Shown: positions 1-8,301 of the stretch, in pieces
Numbering within the stretch: position 1 is the first letter of the stretch
How the letters are laid out: the number at the start of each line of letters is the position of its first letter
Source of the DNA: Promethearchaeota archaeon
GTDB taxonomy: Archaea; Asgardarchaeota; Hermodarchaeia; Hermodarchaeales; Hermodarchaeaceae
Direction of reading: 5' to 3'
NCBI GenBank assembly: GCA_048938295.1
Contig: JBHLMI010000036.1
Span: forward strand, 1-22,341
Length of the DNA: 22,341 bases
Made by a program: the position numbers and the translations under genes
The notes under the pieces: model-generated
Seen by the model: only the letters and a program-made list of their open reading frames with translations
Database searches by the model: none
What the model was told of the DNA's origin: nothing

Positions 1-92
1 TAATTAGCTTGATTGTAGAGATTCTTTGCTAAATGACAGATTCTTGAAAAAGCAGCTGTCTTACTTAATTGGATTCTTTCGGTTAGAAGCGT
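1..92 (-). mobile_element. tnpB: 5' fragment of an IS200/IS605/IS607-type TnpB-like ORF, continuing off the left edge; no canonical start codon, so possibly a pseudogene
   Basis: Manual translation of the minus strand from 92 gives TLLTERIQLSKTAAFSRICHLAKNLYNQAN(Y). This matches the (L)CHxxKNLYNxANY N-terminal signature of one TnpB subfamily. The frame is open only from 119 (TGA at 122-120) and has no ATG/GTG/TTG; ACG at 92-90 follows a GAGGGA purine tract. Only 30 codons are visible. Confidence 0.65.
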
Positions 93-140
93 TGATCTTC
101 CCTCGACATCTTTCGCTATTCACTACTCCTCGATGCTTGA

Positions 141-175
141 TTTAAAGCCCAAAATTACTTGAAAATAGTTATATA
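141..175. promoter_or_regulatory. Candidate back-to-back TATA boxes
   Basis: TTTAAA at 141-146 could drive leftward transcription toward the tnpB-like ORF. GAAAA (161-165) followed by TTATATA (169-175) could drive rightward transcription. Motif appearance only. Confidence 0.35.
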
Positions 176-181
176 CGAGTA

Positions 182-379
182 GAGAGAATGCGCGGGTAAT
201 CGATTCGATTGTTATGGAGGTGTAAGCATTATGCCGGTCTTAATTTGTTTTCTACATTATTCCCGTTCTCTCATTGAAGCAGGCATAATTGCCATCTCCG
301 AAGAGAGGCACTAGCTGAGCCCGTTTTTGTGGGATCACATCTGCTAATCCCCATTCCCATCACGTAGCATGGGGAGTGG
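182..379 (-). ncRNA. Candidate structured RNA or IS-end structure of unknown family
   Basis: Several inverted repeats are visible. 290-310 forms an 8-bp stem with one bulge and a C(UUCG)G loop on the minus strand. Other pairings: ATTATGCC 228-235 with GGCATAAT 282-289; GGGAT 331-335 with ATCCC 347-351; an imperfect stem 351-360 with 369-379; GAGAGAA 182-188 with TTCTCTC 266-272. Confidence 0.35.
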
Positions 380-412
380 CAAACCAGAACAAAATCTCGA
401 GTTAGAACAACA

Positions 413-1228
413 GTGCCGAATACTCCAGCACCTTATATTAGTAAGCGAAGTCTCGCGCAGCGTCAAATGAGTAAAGATGATGGACAACGAGGGCGATTGG
501 AGGATCTTCCTGAAATCACGTTGTCGTCTGTGCGAGCGGAAGCTATCGCCACCCAACTGGTCACCGATGTCCATGGTACAATAAGTGCCGGGAAAGAAGC
601 GACGGTCTTCTATGCTTTATGGCGTGATTTTCCCCTTGCATTGAAAGTCTATCGTCTTTATGCCACCCCGCATGCCAAAGGAGGAAAACGTAAGAAAATG
701 GGTGGAGGGAAGACCGGCTTCTCGAAGGATATAATGAGCTATTGGGCAGCCCGTGAATTCTGGATCCTGGACCGAGTTTTTCGAGCTGGAATCAAGGTTC
801 CCACGCCAGCCCGCCATATTGACAATATGTTTACAGCCCGGTTCTTGGGCGATAACGGGTCTTCCGCACCTCTTCTAAAAGATGCAGCAATCGAGTACCC
901 TCAGAGGCTTTATGATGAGATTATTAAAGGGATCTTTGCACTATACAGGGTATTCATCATCCATGGTGACTTATCCGGATACAACATTCTGTACTTCAAC
1001 CACGAGCCATGGATCATAGATTTTCCTCAAGCCATCGATTTCGCATCTAGAGTGGGACGTCATCGGACGCTCATGGAAGGACACCATATCTTGCTCAGAG
1101 ATATTACTAACATTGTCCGGTTCTTCCAACGTTATGGAATTTCTGCTGATCCTGAAGCTCTTTGTGAAGAATGCATGGAACAGGTCAGTGAAAGCGACAG
1201 CTTCGATCCGAAATCACTTCTTCGCTAG
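413..1228 (+). CDS. RIO1-family serine/threonine kinase; start may be GTG 413 or ATG 467
   Basis: Motifs ISAGKEATVF, ALKVY, IHGDLSGYNIL (catalytic loop) and IIDFPQA are typical of RIO kinases. Confidence 0.9.
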   Translation: MPNTPAPYISKRSLAQRQMSKDDGQRGRLEDLPEITLSSVRAEAIATQLVTDVHGTISAGKEATVFYALWRDFPLALKVYRLYATPHAKGGKRKKMGGGKTGFSKDIMSYWAAREFWILDRVFRAGIKVPTPARHIDNMFTARFLGDNGSSAPLLKDAAIEYPQRLYDEIIKGIFALYRVFIIHGDLSGYNILYFNHEPWIIDFPQAIDFASRVGRHRTLMEGHHILLRDITNIVRFFQRYGISADPEALCEECMEQVSESDSFDPKSLLR

Positions 1229-2052
1229 TCAGAAGAAATCAACAACCGATCAGAGTGTGTGTAGATATTCATCCTTACACCACGGACAAAACCAACCAAA
1301 GTAATCCCAGAAGCCTCCGCCAATTCAATACCTGACGAGACACCTGCACTAATAGAAGCAACGTAGGGAATTTGGGCCACCGCCGCCTTCAATACCAAAT
1401 CGCCAGTTAGCCGTCCAGAACACACTAAAAGTGATTCCGAGAGACCCAGATTATTTTGCAACGCTTTACCGATGACCCGATCGACTGCATTGTGCCGACC
1501 CACATCTTCAGCTACTTGTTTCAGAGTTCCATCAGTATCACTTAATGCGGCGCCATGTGTGCCTCCACTTTGCTGATAGATCTTCATCCCCTTAGTGAGA
1601 CTCTGAATCGCCTTGTGAATTGCAGACGGTGATACAGCCGCGGCGGATTCGATGGCTGGTACGTCACATGCACGCCAGGTACCTAAGGCTCCTTCTTCAG
1701 GGCCACAAACACCCATGATAATTCGTTTAGTTGGACGGATGGCATTGAGTTTTTCACGAAACGCGCACTCATCGACCAAGTGAACTTTAGCTAATCGGTT
1801 TCGAACCTGTAACTTCGTAATTTCAGAAGGACCAGTGATTATCCTGGAAGTAAATAGTAACCCGATGATGAGTGAGTCATAGTCTGTGGGAATCGTGTGA
1901 ACGACTGCAAAGTTCTCTTCTCCCTTTGAATCGATAAGAACAATTCGCAGCACCGATTCATGTGCAACAACATCCTCTATTTTTTCACACATAGATTCTT
2001 TGCATCTTAAAATTGACACAGAACGGGTTACATTCAACTCGCTCAACTCCAC
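1225..2052 (-). CDS. fdhD: Formate dehydrogenase accessory sulfurtransferase FdhD
   Basis: Motifs GGTHGAAL, EDVGRHNAVDRVIG, SGRLTGDLVLKA, GITLVGFVRG and NIYTH. Confidence 0.92.
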   Translation of the reverse strand: MELSELNVTRSVSILRCKESMCEKIEDVVAHESVLRIVLIDSKGEENFAVVHTIPTDYDSLIIGLLFTSRIITGPSEITKLQVRNRLAKVHLVDECAFREKLNAIRPTKRIIMGVCGPEEGALGTWRACDVPAIESAAAVSPSAIHKAIQSLTKGMKIYQQSGGTHGAALSDTDGTLKQVAEDVGRHNAVDRVIGKALQNNLGLSESLLVCSGRLTGDLVLKAAVAQIPYVASISAGVSSGIELAEASGITLVGFVRGVRMNIYTHSDRLLISSD

Positions 2053-2169
2053 ATGAATGCCGAAGAAAAGATGGCTGACGCCCTTTTATCTTGTTGGGTA
2101 CTTTGTACAATAACTAACTTGCCATTCTCTCAGCAACTTTAATCAAGAACCGTATTATCTCTAAGAGTA

Positions 2170-2504
2170 ACATCTGTTCTTCCTATTGTCTTGGGGAGTT
2201 ACTGATTACCATTTGGTAATAACATTGGGCGTCCAACCAACCGTTGCTCAAAAGGGAACTAGGCAATATATAGCATGGTAATTCCCCATCCCATTACTGT
2301 AGCACACCAAGCTCCATAGACCTAGGCTTGGAAAGCTTGTGCAGGTAAGGGTAGAGGATTTGGCCCCCAGAACACAGGGTTGATTTACGCATTGAAGAAT
2401 GCAAATACAATAGTTGTATTGAGTAACACCATAATAGCACCAAAGGCAACAATGAAAATGCTCACTGCTAGTAACCAATAGCGTCAGATTCGACAGTATG
2501 ACAT
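2170..2504 (-). pseudogene. Decayed small multi-pass membrane protein gene; 3' boundary approximate
   Basis: SD GAGGT precedes ATG 2504. The frame reads MSYCRI*RYWLLAVSIFIVAFGAIMVLLNTTIVFAFFNA*INPVFWGPNPLPLPAQAFQA*VYGAWCATVMGWGITMLYIA*FPFEQR, with stops at 2486-2484, 2387-2385, 2324-2322 and 2261-2259. Hydrophobic helices continue across the stops. Confidence 0.7.
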
Positions 2505-2586
2505 ATTGCATAACCTCTTTTGTCCTTATGCTATATGAGGAGTTATAAGCGTGAATTTAGTTGACTTTTCTAACTGGTGATACACA

Positions 2587-3303
2587 CTGAAGATTCTAGC
2601 ATTAAACAGTAGTCCACGTAAAGAGAGAGGCGGCACAGCTACTGTTTTAGATCTTTTCTTAAAAGGTGCAAAGGAGGCTGGTGCAGATATTGATCTAGTG
2701 TATGTCCATGGGCTTGATATAAAGCCTTGTTTGGGATGCTTCGTTTGCTGGATCAAAACTCCAAGCGTCTGTGTTCAGAAAGATGACATGGAAGAGATAC
2801 TAAGGAAGCGACGGAACGCGGATGCGATAATCCTTGCTACACCAGTCTATGTTGATGGAATGACCAGTACGCTCAAGGCAGTCTTGGATCGGTCAATTCC
2901 ACTGGTGAAACCTTTCTTTGAAATCCGTGACGGTCATTGTCGCCATCCACCCCAATATAATCGAGAACCCATCAAAGTAGTGTTAGTTTCGGTGTCTGGT
3001 TTCACTGAGCTGGACAACTTTGACCCGTTGGTAATGCATGTGAAAGCCTTCTGTAAAAACCTAAACGGAGAGTTCGCCGGAACAGTCCTTCGCCCCTTGG
3101 GTGCTCAGCTACCGATGTTCAAGAAGATGGGATTGCCAGTGGATGATATTTATGATGCCATTAGACGGGCAGGTAAAGAGTTTGTTGAGAACGGAAAGAT
3201 CAACTCTGCAACTCAGGATGAAATTAGTCGAGAAATTGTACCACGCGGCGAGTATATCAAACGATTAAACGAAGGATTTCAACAAGCGCTCGATGCGAAT
3301 TAA
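2587..3303 (+). CDS. Iron-sulfur flavoprotein / NADPH-dependent FMN reductase (flavodoxin-like), 238 aa from a CTG start
   Basis: The frame upstream of the ORF-track start reads (L)KILALNSSPRKERGGTATVLDLFLKGAKEAGA, the canonical family N-terminus. It carries CLGCFVCWIKTPSVC (Fe-S motif) and ATPVYVDGM. In-frame TGA at 2578-2580 and SD GGTGA at 2576-2580 leave CTG 2587 as the only start. Confidence 0.88.
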   Translation: MKILALNSSPRKERGGTATVLDLFLKGAKEAGADIDLVYVHGLDIKPCLGCFVCWIKTPSVCVQKDDMEEILRKRRNADAIILATPVYVDGMTSTLKAVLDRSIPLVKPFFEIRDGHCRHPPQYNREPIKVVLVSVSGFTELDNFDPLVMHVKAFCKNLNGEFAGTVLRPLGAQLPMFKKMGLPVDDIYDAIRRAGKEFVENGKINSATQDEISREIVPRGEYIKRLNEGFQQALDAN

Positions 3304-3980
3304 TGACCTGTCCCTTTCTCTTCTCGATTGTCTATATTTGTTCTCCAGGTCATCTTTTCGTCGGAGTCGAGGGAATAGTCGTCCGGTCTGTTTCATATAG
3401 TCCCGGTATTCATCACCGAATTGTTCAATCATCATTTCTTCTTCCGCTCGCATTCGAGACGTGACAACGATCAGTCCCAGAACGAGGATGCCCCAAAGTA
3501 TGAGGTTGAGCGTAAATAGGGAAAGTCCCAGATTGAAAATGAAATAGACTAGATACATGGGATGCCGGATGTGCTTGTATGGACGCTGGTCACCAAGGTG
3601 TGGTCTTCCTTAATTTCTAAACTCCCTGAGACCTGTCGACCTAGGTGGATTCCGACCCACATCATTCCAAATATCATCGTGATACAGATGATGACAGCGA
3701 TCCCTTGAATCCATACTACATTGAAGAGTTGAGAATAAGGAGGAATGAGGATGGGAAACAGACTCCAAATTAGAACGAACACAATCATTGCATAGACCGA
3801 GACAATGCGCAGAATGACCAACCATTTGCTTTCATATTTGACTTGCTCTGCCCAACGCTCTTGTCGGATTCGTTTCTGTTTAGGAGGACGGGCTTTTCGC
3901 CCATAGTAAGCGTGGACCCCCATAAAAACCCAAAAGAGGATGAGTAACGCTAACCGGAAGAATCGGTCTTCGTACACCAT
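3265..3980 (-). pseudogene. Isoprenylcysteine carboxyl methyltransferase (ICMT/PEMT)-family membrane methyltransferase split by a 1-nt frameshift near 3584
   Basis: ORF 3549-3995 (ATG 3980 after GGAGGT) ends ...HTLVTS. After AGC and a 2-nt remainder GT (3584-3583), the next frame continues PYKHIRHPMY...RMRAEEEMMIEQFGDEYRDYMKQTGRLFP. One extra G restores the SGPY..IRHPMY signature. Confidence 0.85.
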
Positions 3981-4142
3981 AAATCCAACCTCCAAGGCTT
4001 GAATTCTAGCGAGTTATGGGCTTTTAAGGAGTGGCTAACGTGCCATGGTAAACATATGATACTGGACAAAGGTATCAGAGAAAATCACTTAAAGACCCCA
4101 ACACCAAAACTGCATTGCATATGAAGTTTTGGAAGGAGTCTC

Positions 4143-5807
4143 ATGAAGCGCAAACCGATTCGAGCCTACCGGGGCACCACCCTACACTGTAAGAATTGGC
4201 AAATTGAAGCGATTCTTCGGATGCTCCAAAACAACTTGGATCCAGACGTGGCGAAGGATTGGGAACATCTCATCGTGTATGGAGGAACCGGCCAGGCAGC
4301 CAGAAACTGGGATTGTTTTGACAAGATCGTGGAAACACTCCTCGCGTTGGAACCTGATGACACCATGCTAGTGCAATCCGGGAAACCTGTGGCCGTGTTC
4401 AAGACCCACACTAATGCACCTCGCGTCCTCATCGCCAATTCGTTAATCGTTCCCTTCTGGGCCACTGAAGAGAACTTCCATGAACTGTACAAGAAAGGCT
4501 TGACCATGTTCGGCCAAATGACCGCTGGTTCCTGGATTTATATCGCAACACAAGGCATCCTTCAGGGCACCTTCGAAACTTTCGCCGCTGTTGCGGACCG
4601 CCATTTCGGTGGAACACTGAAAGGAACACTGACGCTCACAGGCGGTGTTGGTGCGATGGGTGGAGCACAACCATTAGCTGTTACGTTTAACGAGGGTGTT
4701 GTTATTGCAGTGGATGTCGATGCGGCGGCGATCGAAAAGCGGATGCGGGCTGGTTATTGTGAATTGAAAACCGATAGCCTAGATGAAGCCTTATCCCTTG
4801 CAGAAGAGGCATTGGAAAAGAAGATGCCACGTTCGATCGGCTTGATTGGAAACACAGCCGAAACCCATCCTGAAATCGTGAAACGAGGAATAAAGGTGGA
4901 TATTGTGACCGACCAGACGGCGGCACATGACCCCTTGACCGGTTATTATCCAGCTGGATTCAGCAAGGAGGAGGCAGACCTGCTGCGAGAAAAGGACCCC
5001 GAGGATTATATTCGCCATTCAAAGGAGTCTATGCTCCACCATGTGAAGGCGATGCTGCAACTCCAGGAACGAGGAACCGTCACCTTCGATTATGGAAACA
5101 ACCTCCGGCAACATGCTAGTTCAATATCGTGGAATGAAAAAACGAAGCGATGGAAATATCCAGGTTTTGTTGAAGCGTATGTTCGTCCTCTATTCTGTGA
5201 GGGACGTGGTCCCTTCCGATGGGTCGCTCTTTCAGGAGAACCTGAGGATATTTACCGAACCGATGAATTGGTCCTCGAACTCTTCCCAGACAACTATATT
5301 CTGAAACGTTGGATGAAACTGGCCCATGAAAAAGTGCAGTTTGAAGGATTGCCCGCCCGAGTCTGTTGGCTTGGATATGGTGAAAGGGCGAAGTTCGGTA
5401 AAGCCCTAAACGACTTGGTGGCTAAAGGTGAACTCAAGGCCCCAATCGTGATTGGACGTGACCATCTTGACGCGGGGTCTGTAGCTTCTCCTAATCGTGA
5501 AACTGAAGGGATGAAAGACGGGAGTGACGCGATTGCCGATTGGCCTGTTCTCAACGTCCTCATCAATGCGGTGGCAGGAGCGACGTGGGTCTCATTACAT
5601 CAGGGTGGAGGCGTTGGAATCCCATATGCCATTTCTGCAGGTCAAGTTTCTGTGGCAGATGGAACCCCTGAAGCTGAAAAGCGCCTTTTACGCGTTCTGA
5701 CCACTGATCCCGGCTTGGGAGTTGCCCGTCACGTTGATGCAGGATACTCTGAAGCAATTAAGTTCGCAAAAGAAAAGGGTATCAAAATTCCATTCATGAA
5801 GAAGTGA
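4143..5807 (+). CDS. hutU: Urocanate hydratase
   Basis: Motifs [61 protein letters not shown] and HQGGGVG; 554 aa. Confidence 0.98.
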   Translation: MKRKPIRAYRGTTLHCKNWQIEAILRMLQNNLDPDVAKDWEHLIVYGGTGQAARNWDCFDKIVETLLALEPDDTMLVQSGKPVAVFKTHTNAPRVLIANSLIVPFWATEENFHELYKKGLTMFGQMTAGSWIYIATQGILQGTFETFAAVADRHFGGTLKGTLTLTGGVGAMGGAQPLAVTFNEGVVIAVDVDAAAIEKRMRAGYCELKTDSLDEALSLAEEALEKKMPRSIGLIGNTAETHPEIVKRGIKVDIVTDQTAAHDPLTGYYPAGFSKEEADLLREKDPEDYIRHSKESMLHHVKAMLQLQERGTVTFDYGNNLRQHASSISWNEKTKRWKYPGFVEAYVRPLFCEGRGPFRWVALSGEPEDIYRTDELVLELFPDNYILKRWMKLAHEKVQFEGLPARVCWLGYGERAKFGKALNDLVAKGELKAPIVIGRDHLDAGSVASPNRETEGMKDGSDAIADWPVLNVLINAVAGATWVSLHQGGGVGIPYAISAGQVSVADGTPEAEKRLLRVLTTDPGLGVARHVDAGYSEAIKFAKEKGIKIPFMKK

Positions 5808-5817
5808 AACTAGGTAG

Positions 5818-6768
5818 ATGATAATGAACCAAATCGTTGAATGTGTCCCAAATTTCAGTGTTGGTGATGATCCAACAACCATTGATGCAATAGTTGAAGC
5901 AATCAAGCAGACGAAGGGGGTTCACCTTCTCGATTATGAACATGATACCGCATACAATCGTTTAGTTGTGACCTATTTTGGTAAACCCGAGGCATGCAAG
6001 ATGGCAATGCTAGCAGCAGGAAAAGTAGCTGTAAAACGTTTAGATATGCGGAAACACAAAGGCCAACATCCACGCATTGGCGCCTTGGATGTCGCACCTT
6101 TTGTTCCCATAAAGAACATCACCATCGAAGAATGCGTTGAGCTGTCCAAGGCGTTTGGAAAAGCCTTTGCAGAAGCCCATGAGGTACCCGTCTATTTGTA
6201 TGGAGAAGCAGCTGAAACTCCAGAGAAAGGAGATGTGGATTGGATTCGGAAGGGAGAGTGGGAAGCGCTTGCGAAAAACATGCAGGATCCCACCCGAAAA
6301 CCAGCCTTTGGACCGAGTAAGCCACATCCGAGTGCGGGAGCTACGATGACGGGTGCTCGTGAAGTGATGGTGGGGCTCAACGTCAATTTGGGGACGACCG
6401 ATCTGCGGATTGCAAAGGCCGTGGCGAAAGCGATTCACAAGAAGAAGGGCGGATTAATTCGCATCAAGGCGATGGGTTGTCTGTGGGAAGACAGGGGAAT
6501 CACTCAAATTGGCATCACGAATACTGATTACCTAAAGTCCCCATTATATCGGCAATTCGAATTGGTCAAAATCGAGGCTGCACGATATGGGGTTCCAGTA
6601 GTGGGTGCAGAATTTTGTGGCCTTGTGCCCATACAGGCACTCGTCGATGTCGCCAATTACTACCTCCGCCTGGAAGGTTTCAGCATGAATGACCTCCTTG
6701 AGGTGGCCATTGATCGGAAACTCGCAGAGATCGACCCGAAACATGCAAGCACACTTGCTAGTGAATAA
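5818..6768 (+). CDS. ftcD: Glutamate formimidoyltransferase (transferase domain only); start may be ATG 5824
   Basis: Motifs IVECVPNFS, YNRLVVT, HPRIGALDVAPFVP, PVYLYGEAA and GATMTGAR; lies between hutU and hutI. Confidence 0.93.
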   Translation: MIMNQIVECVPNFSVGDDPTTIDAIVEAIKQTKGVHLLDYEHDTAYNRLVVTYFGKPEACKMAMLAAGKVAVKRLDMRKHKGQHPRIGALDVAPFVPIKNITIEECVELSKAFGKAFAEAHEVPVYLYGEAAETPEKGDVDWIRKGEWEALAKNMQDPTRKPAFGPSKPHPSAGATMTGAREVMVGLNVNLGTTDLRIAKAVAKAIHKKKGGLIRIKAMGCLWEDRGITQIGITNTDYLKSPLYRQFELVKIEAARYGVPVVGAEFCGLVPIQALVDVANYYLRLEGFSMNDLLEVAIDRKLAEIDPKHASTLASE

Positions 6769-6816
6769 ACAAAAATCGCTTCAAATATGCTGATTTATTA
6801 GGCTCAACTCCCTTCA

Positions 6817-8106
6817 GTGGTAGTAATGGAACGATTGGACCTCGACATGGTTATCCTCAATGCAGCGGAACTCCTGACTATGCAGGGAGCCAGTCATGCC
6901 CCCAAAATCAAAGATAACCTCAACGAACTAGGTATTATTGAAAAAGGCGGTCTTGCCATTCGGGGGAATCAAATTGTAGTCGTGGATTCCACAAAGAATA
7001 TTAAACGCCTTGTGAAGCCAGGAAGCCGTCCAAAAATAATTGATGCGAAGAACAAAACGGTGATGCCTGGTTTCATCGATCCCCATACCCACTTAGCCTT
7101 TGCTGGAAGCCGCGAACAAGAATTTGTCCAAAAAATCCAAGGAAAATCCTATATTGAAATCCTTGAATCTGGTGGCGGAATAAACGTCACCGTCAATGCC
7201 ACACGCAAAGCAAGTAAAAACACACTCGTTCGGATGACCCAACCAACTTTAACTCGCATGCTTGAATACGGAACTACAACGGTTGAAGGGAAATCAGGGT
7301 ATGGTCTTGACACAAAACATGAAATGAAGCAGCTACTAGCTTTCCGAGATTTGAACCTCATTCATCCCATCGAAATCGTTCCAACCTTCATGGGTGCACA
7401 TGTAGTACCTATCAAGTATAAAGATAGAGCAGATGACTATGTCAACTTGGTAGTTGAGAAAATGATTCCTAGCGTTGCTAAACGGGGTTTGGCGGAATTC
7501 TGTGACGTCTTCGCAGAAAAAGGTGTTTTCGATATCGACCAATCTCGTCAGATTCTACAGGCGGGTAAACAACATGGTCTTAGACCGAAGGTACACGCTG
7601 ATGAAATGACCACATTAGGGGGAGCAGAACTCGCCGCAGAAGTTGGAGCGGTATCAGCAGATCATCTGTTAAAGGTATCCAATGAAGGTATCAAATCGTT
7701 GGCTGAAAAACAGGTTGTAGCCGTGCTCTTACCCGCTTCAGCTCTGGTTTTAATGGAAAAGGAATATGCTCCAGCTCGAACGTTGATCAAGGCAGGAGTT
7801 CCGGTGGCTTTGGCGACGGACTATAACCCGAATTGTATGACTGAGTCGATGCAGCTGGTTCTCACCTTAGCATGTCTAAACATGCGTATGACCCCAGCAG
7901 AAGCCATCTCTGCGGCTACGATAAACGCTGCTCACGCTATTAATCGAGCTCATCTTGTGGGGAGTTTAGAACCCAATAAACAAGCAGATATTCTGATCAT
8001 GGATGTCCCTAATCATGTCCAAATACCCTATCATTTCGGTGTAAACCTCGTTGATAAAGTGATCAAAGCAGGGAAGGTTGTTTTTTCAGCTCAAAAAAGG
8101 AATTAA
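6817..8106 (+). CDS. hutI: Imidazolonepropionase; start may be ATG 6826
   Basis: Motifs PGFIDPHTHLAFAGSR, GGGINVTV, GTTTVEGKSGYGL, KVHADE, SADHL, ALATDYNP and GSLEPNKQAD. Confidence 0.97.
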   Translation: MVVMERLDLDMVILNAAELLTMQGASHAPKIKDNLNELGIIEKGGLAIRGNQIVVVDSTKNIKRLVKPGSRPKIIDAKNKTVMPGFIDPHTHLAFAGSREQEFVQKIQGKSYIEILESGGGINVTVNATRKASKNTLVRMTQPTLTRMLEYGTTTVEGKSGYGLDTKHEMKQLLAFRDLNLIHPIEIVPTFMGAHVVPIKYKDRADDYVNLVVEKMIPSVAKRGLAEFCDVFAEKGVFDIDQSRQILQAGKQHGLRPKVHADEMTTLGGAELAAEVGAVSADHLLKVSNEGIKSLAEKQVVAVLLPASALVLMEKEYAPARTLIKAGVPVALATDYNPNCMTESMQLVLTLACLNMRMTPAEAISAATINAAHAINRAHLVGSLEPNKQADILIMDVPNHVQIPYHFGVNLVDKVIKAGKVVFSAQKRN

Positions 8107-8158
8107 TGTATTTAGTCATTTGTTGCCAACTGATTAAATAGAAATAACACGAACTCTC

Positions 8159-8264
8159 GGAAAATTAGCATTTTCCACGATGTGAAGGCGTCATTAGTTT
8201 ATATTAGAATATGTGCCTATCCTTGTTTGATTTACAGGCATTAATCGTTCTAGCCCGTTAATGC
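8159..8264. terminator. Two short perfect inverted repeats between the convergent hutI and hutH genes
   Basis: GGAAAAT-tagc-ATTTTCC at 8159-8176 and GCATTAA...TTAATGC at 8238-8244/8258-8264. Function is inferred from position only. Confidence 0.3.
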
Positions 8265-8301
8265 ACTTTCGCGTGCTTAGATGAATTTAGATGCAGATAA
8301 G

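Noticed and set aside
228-289. Eukaryote-like SECIS element or fluoride riboswitch in the structured region
   Set aside because: An AUGA/GA pair exists on the minus strand but no continuous helix II, and no selenoprotein ORF lies upstream. GGAGATGG lacks the complementary pseudoknot segment of the crcB motif.
2248-2511. 87-aa Cys-rich ORF from the ORF track
   Set aside because: It is a shifted-frame shadow of the membrane-protein pseudogene that starts at 2504, which has the better SD spacing.
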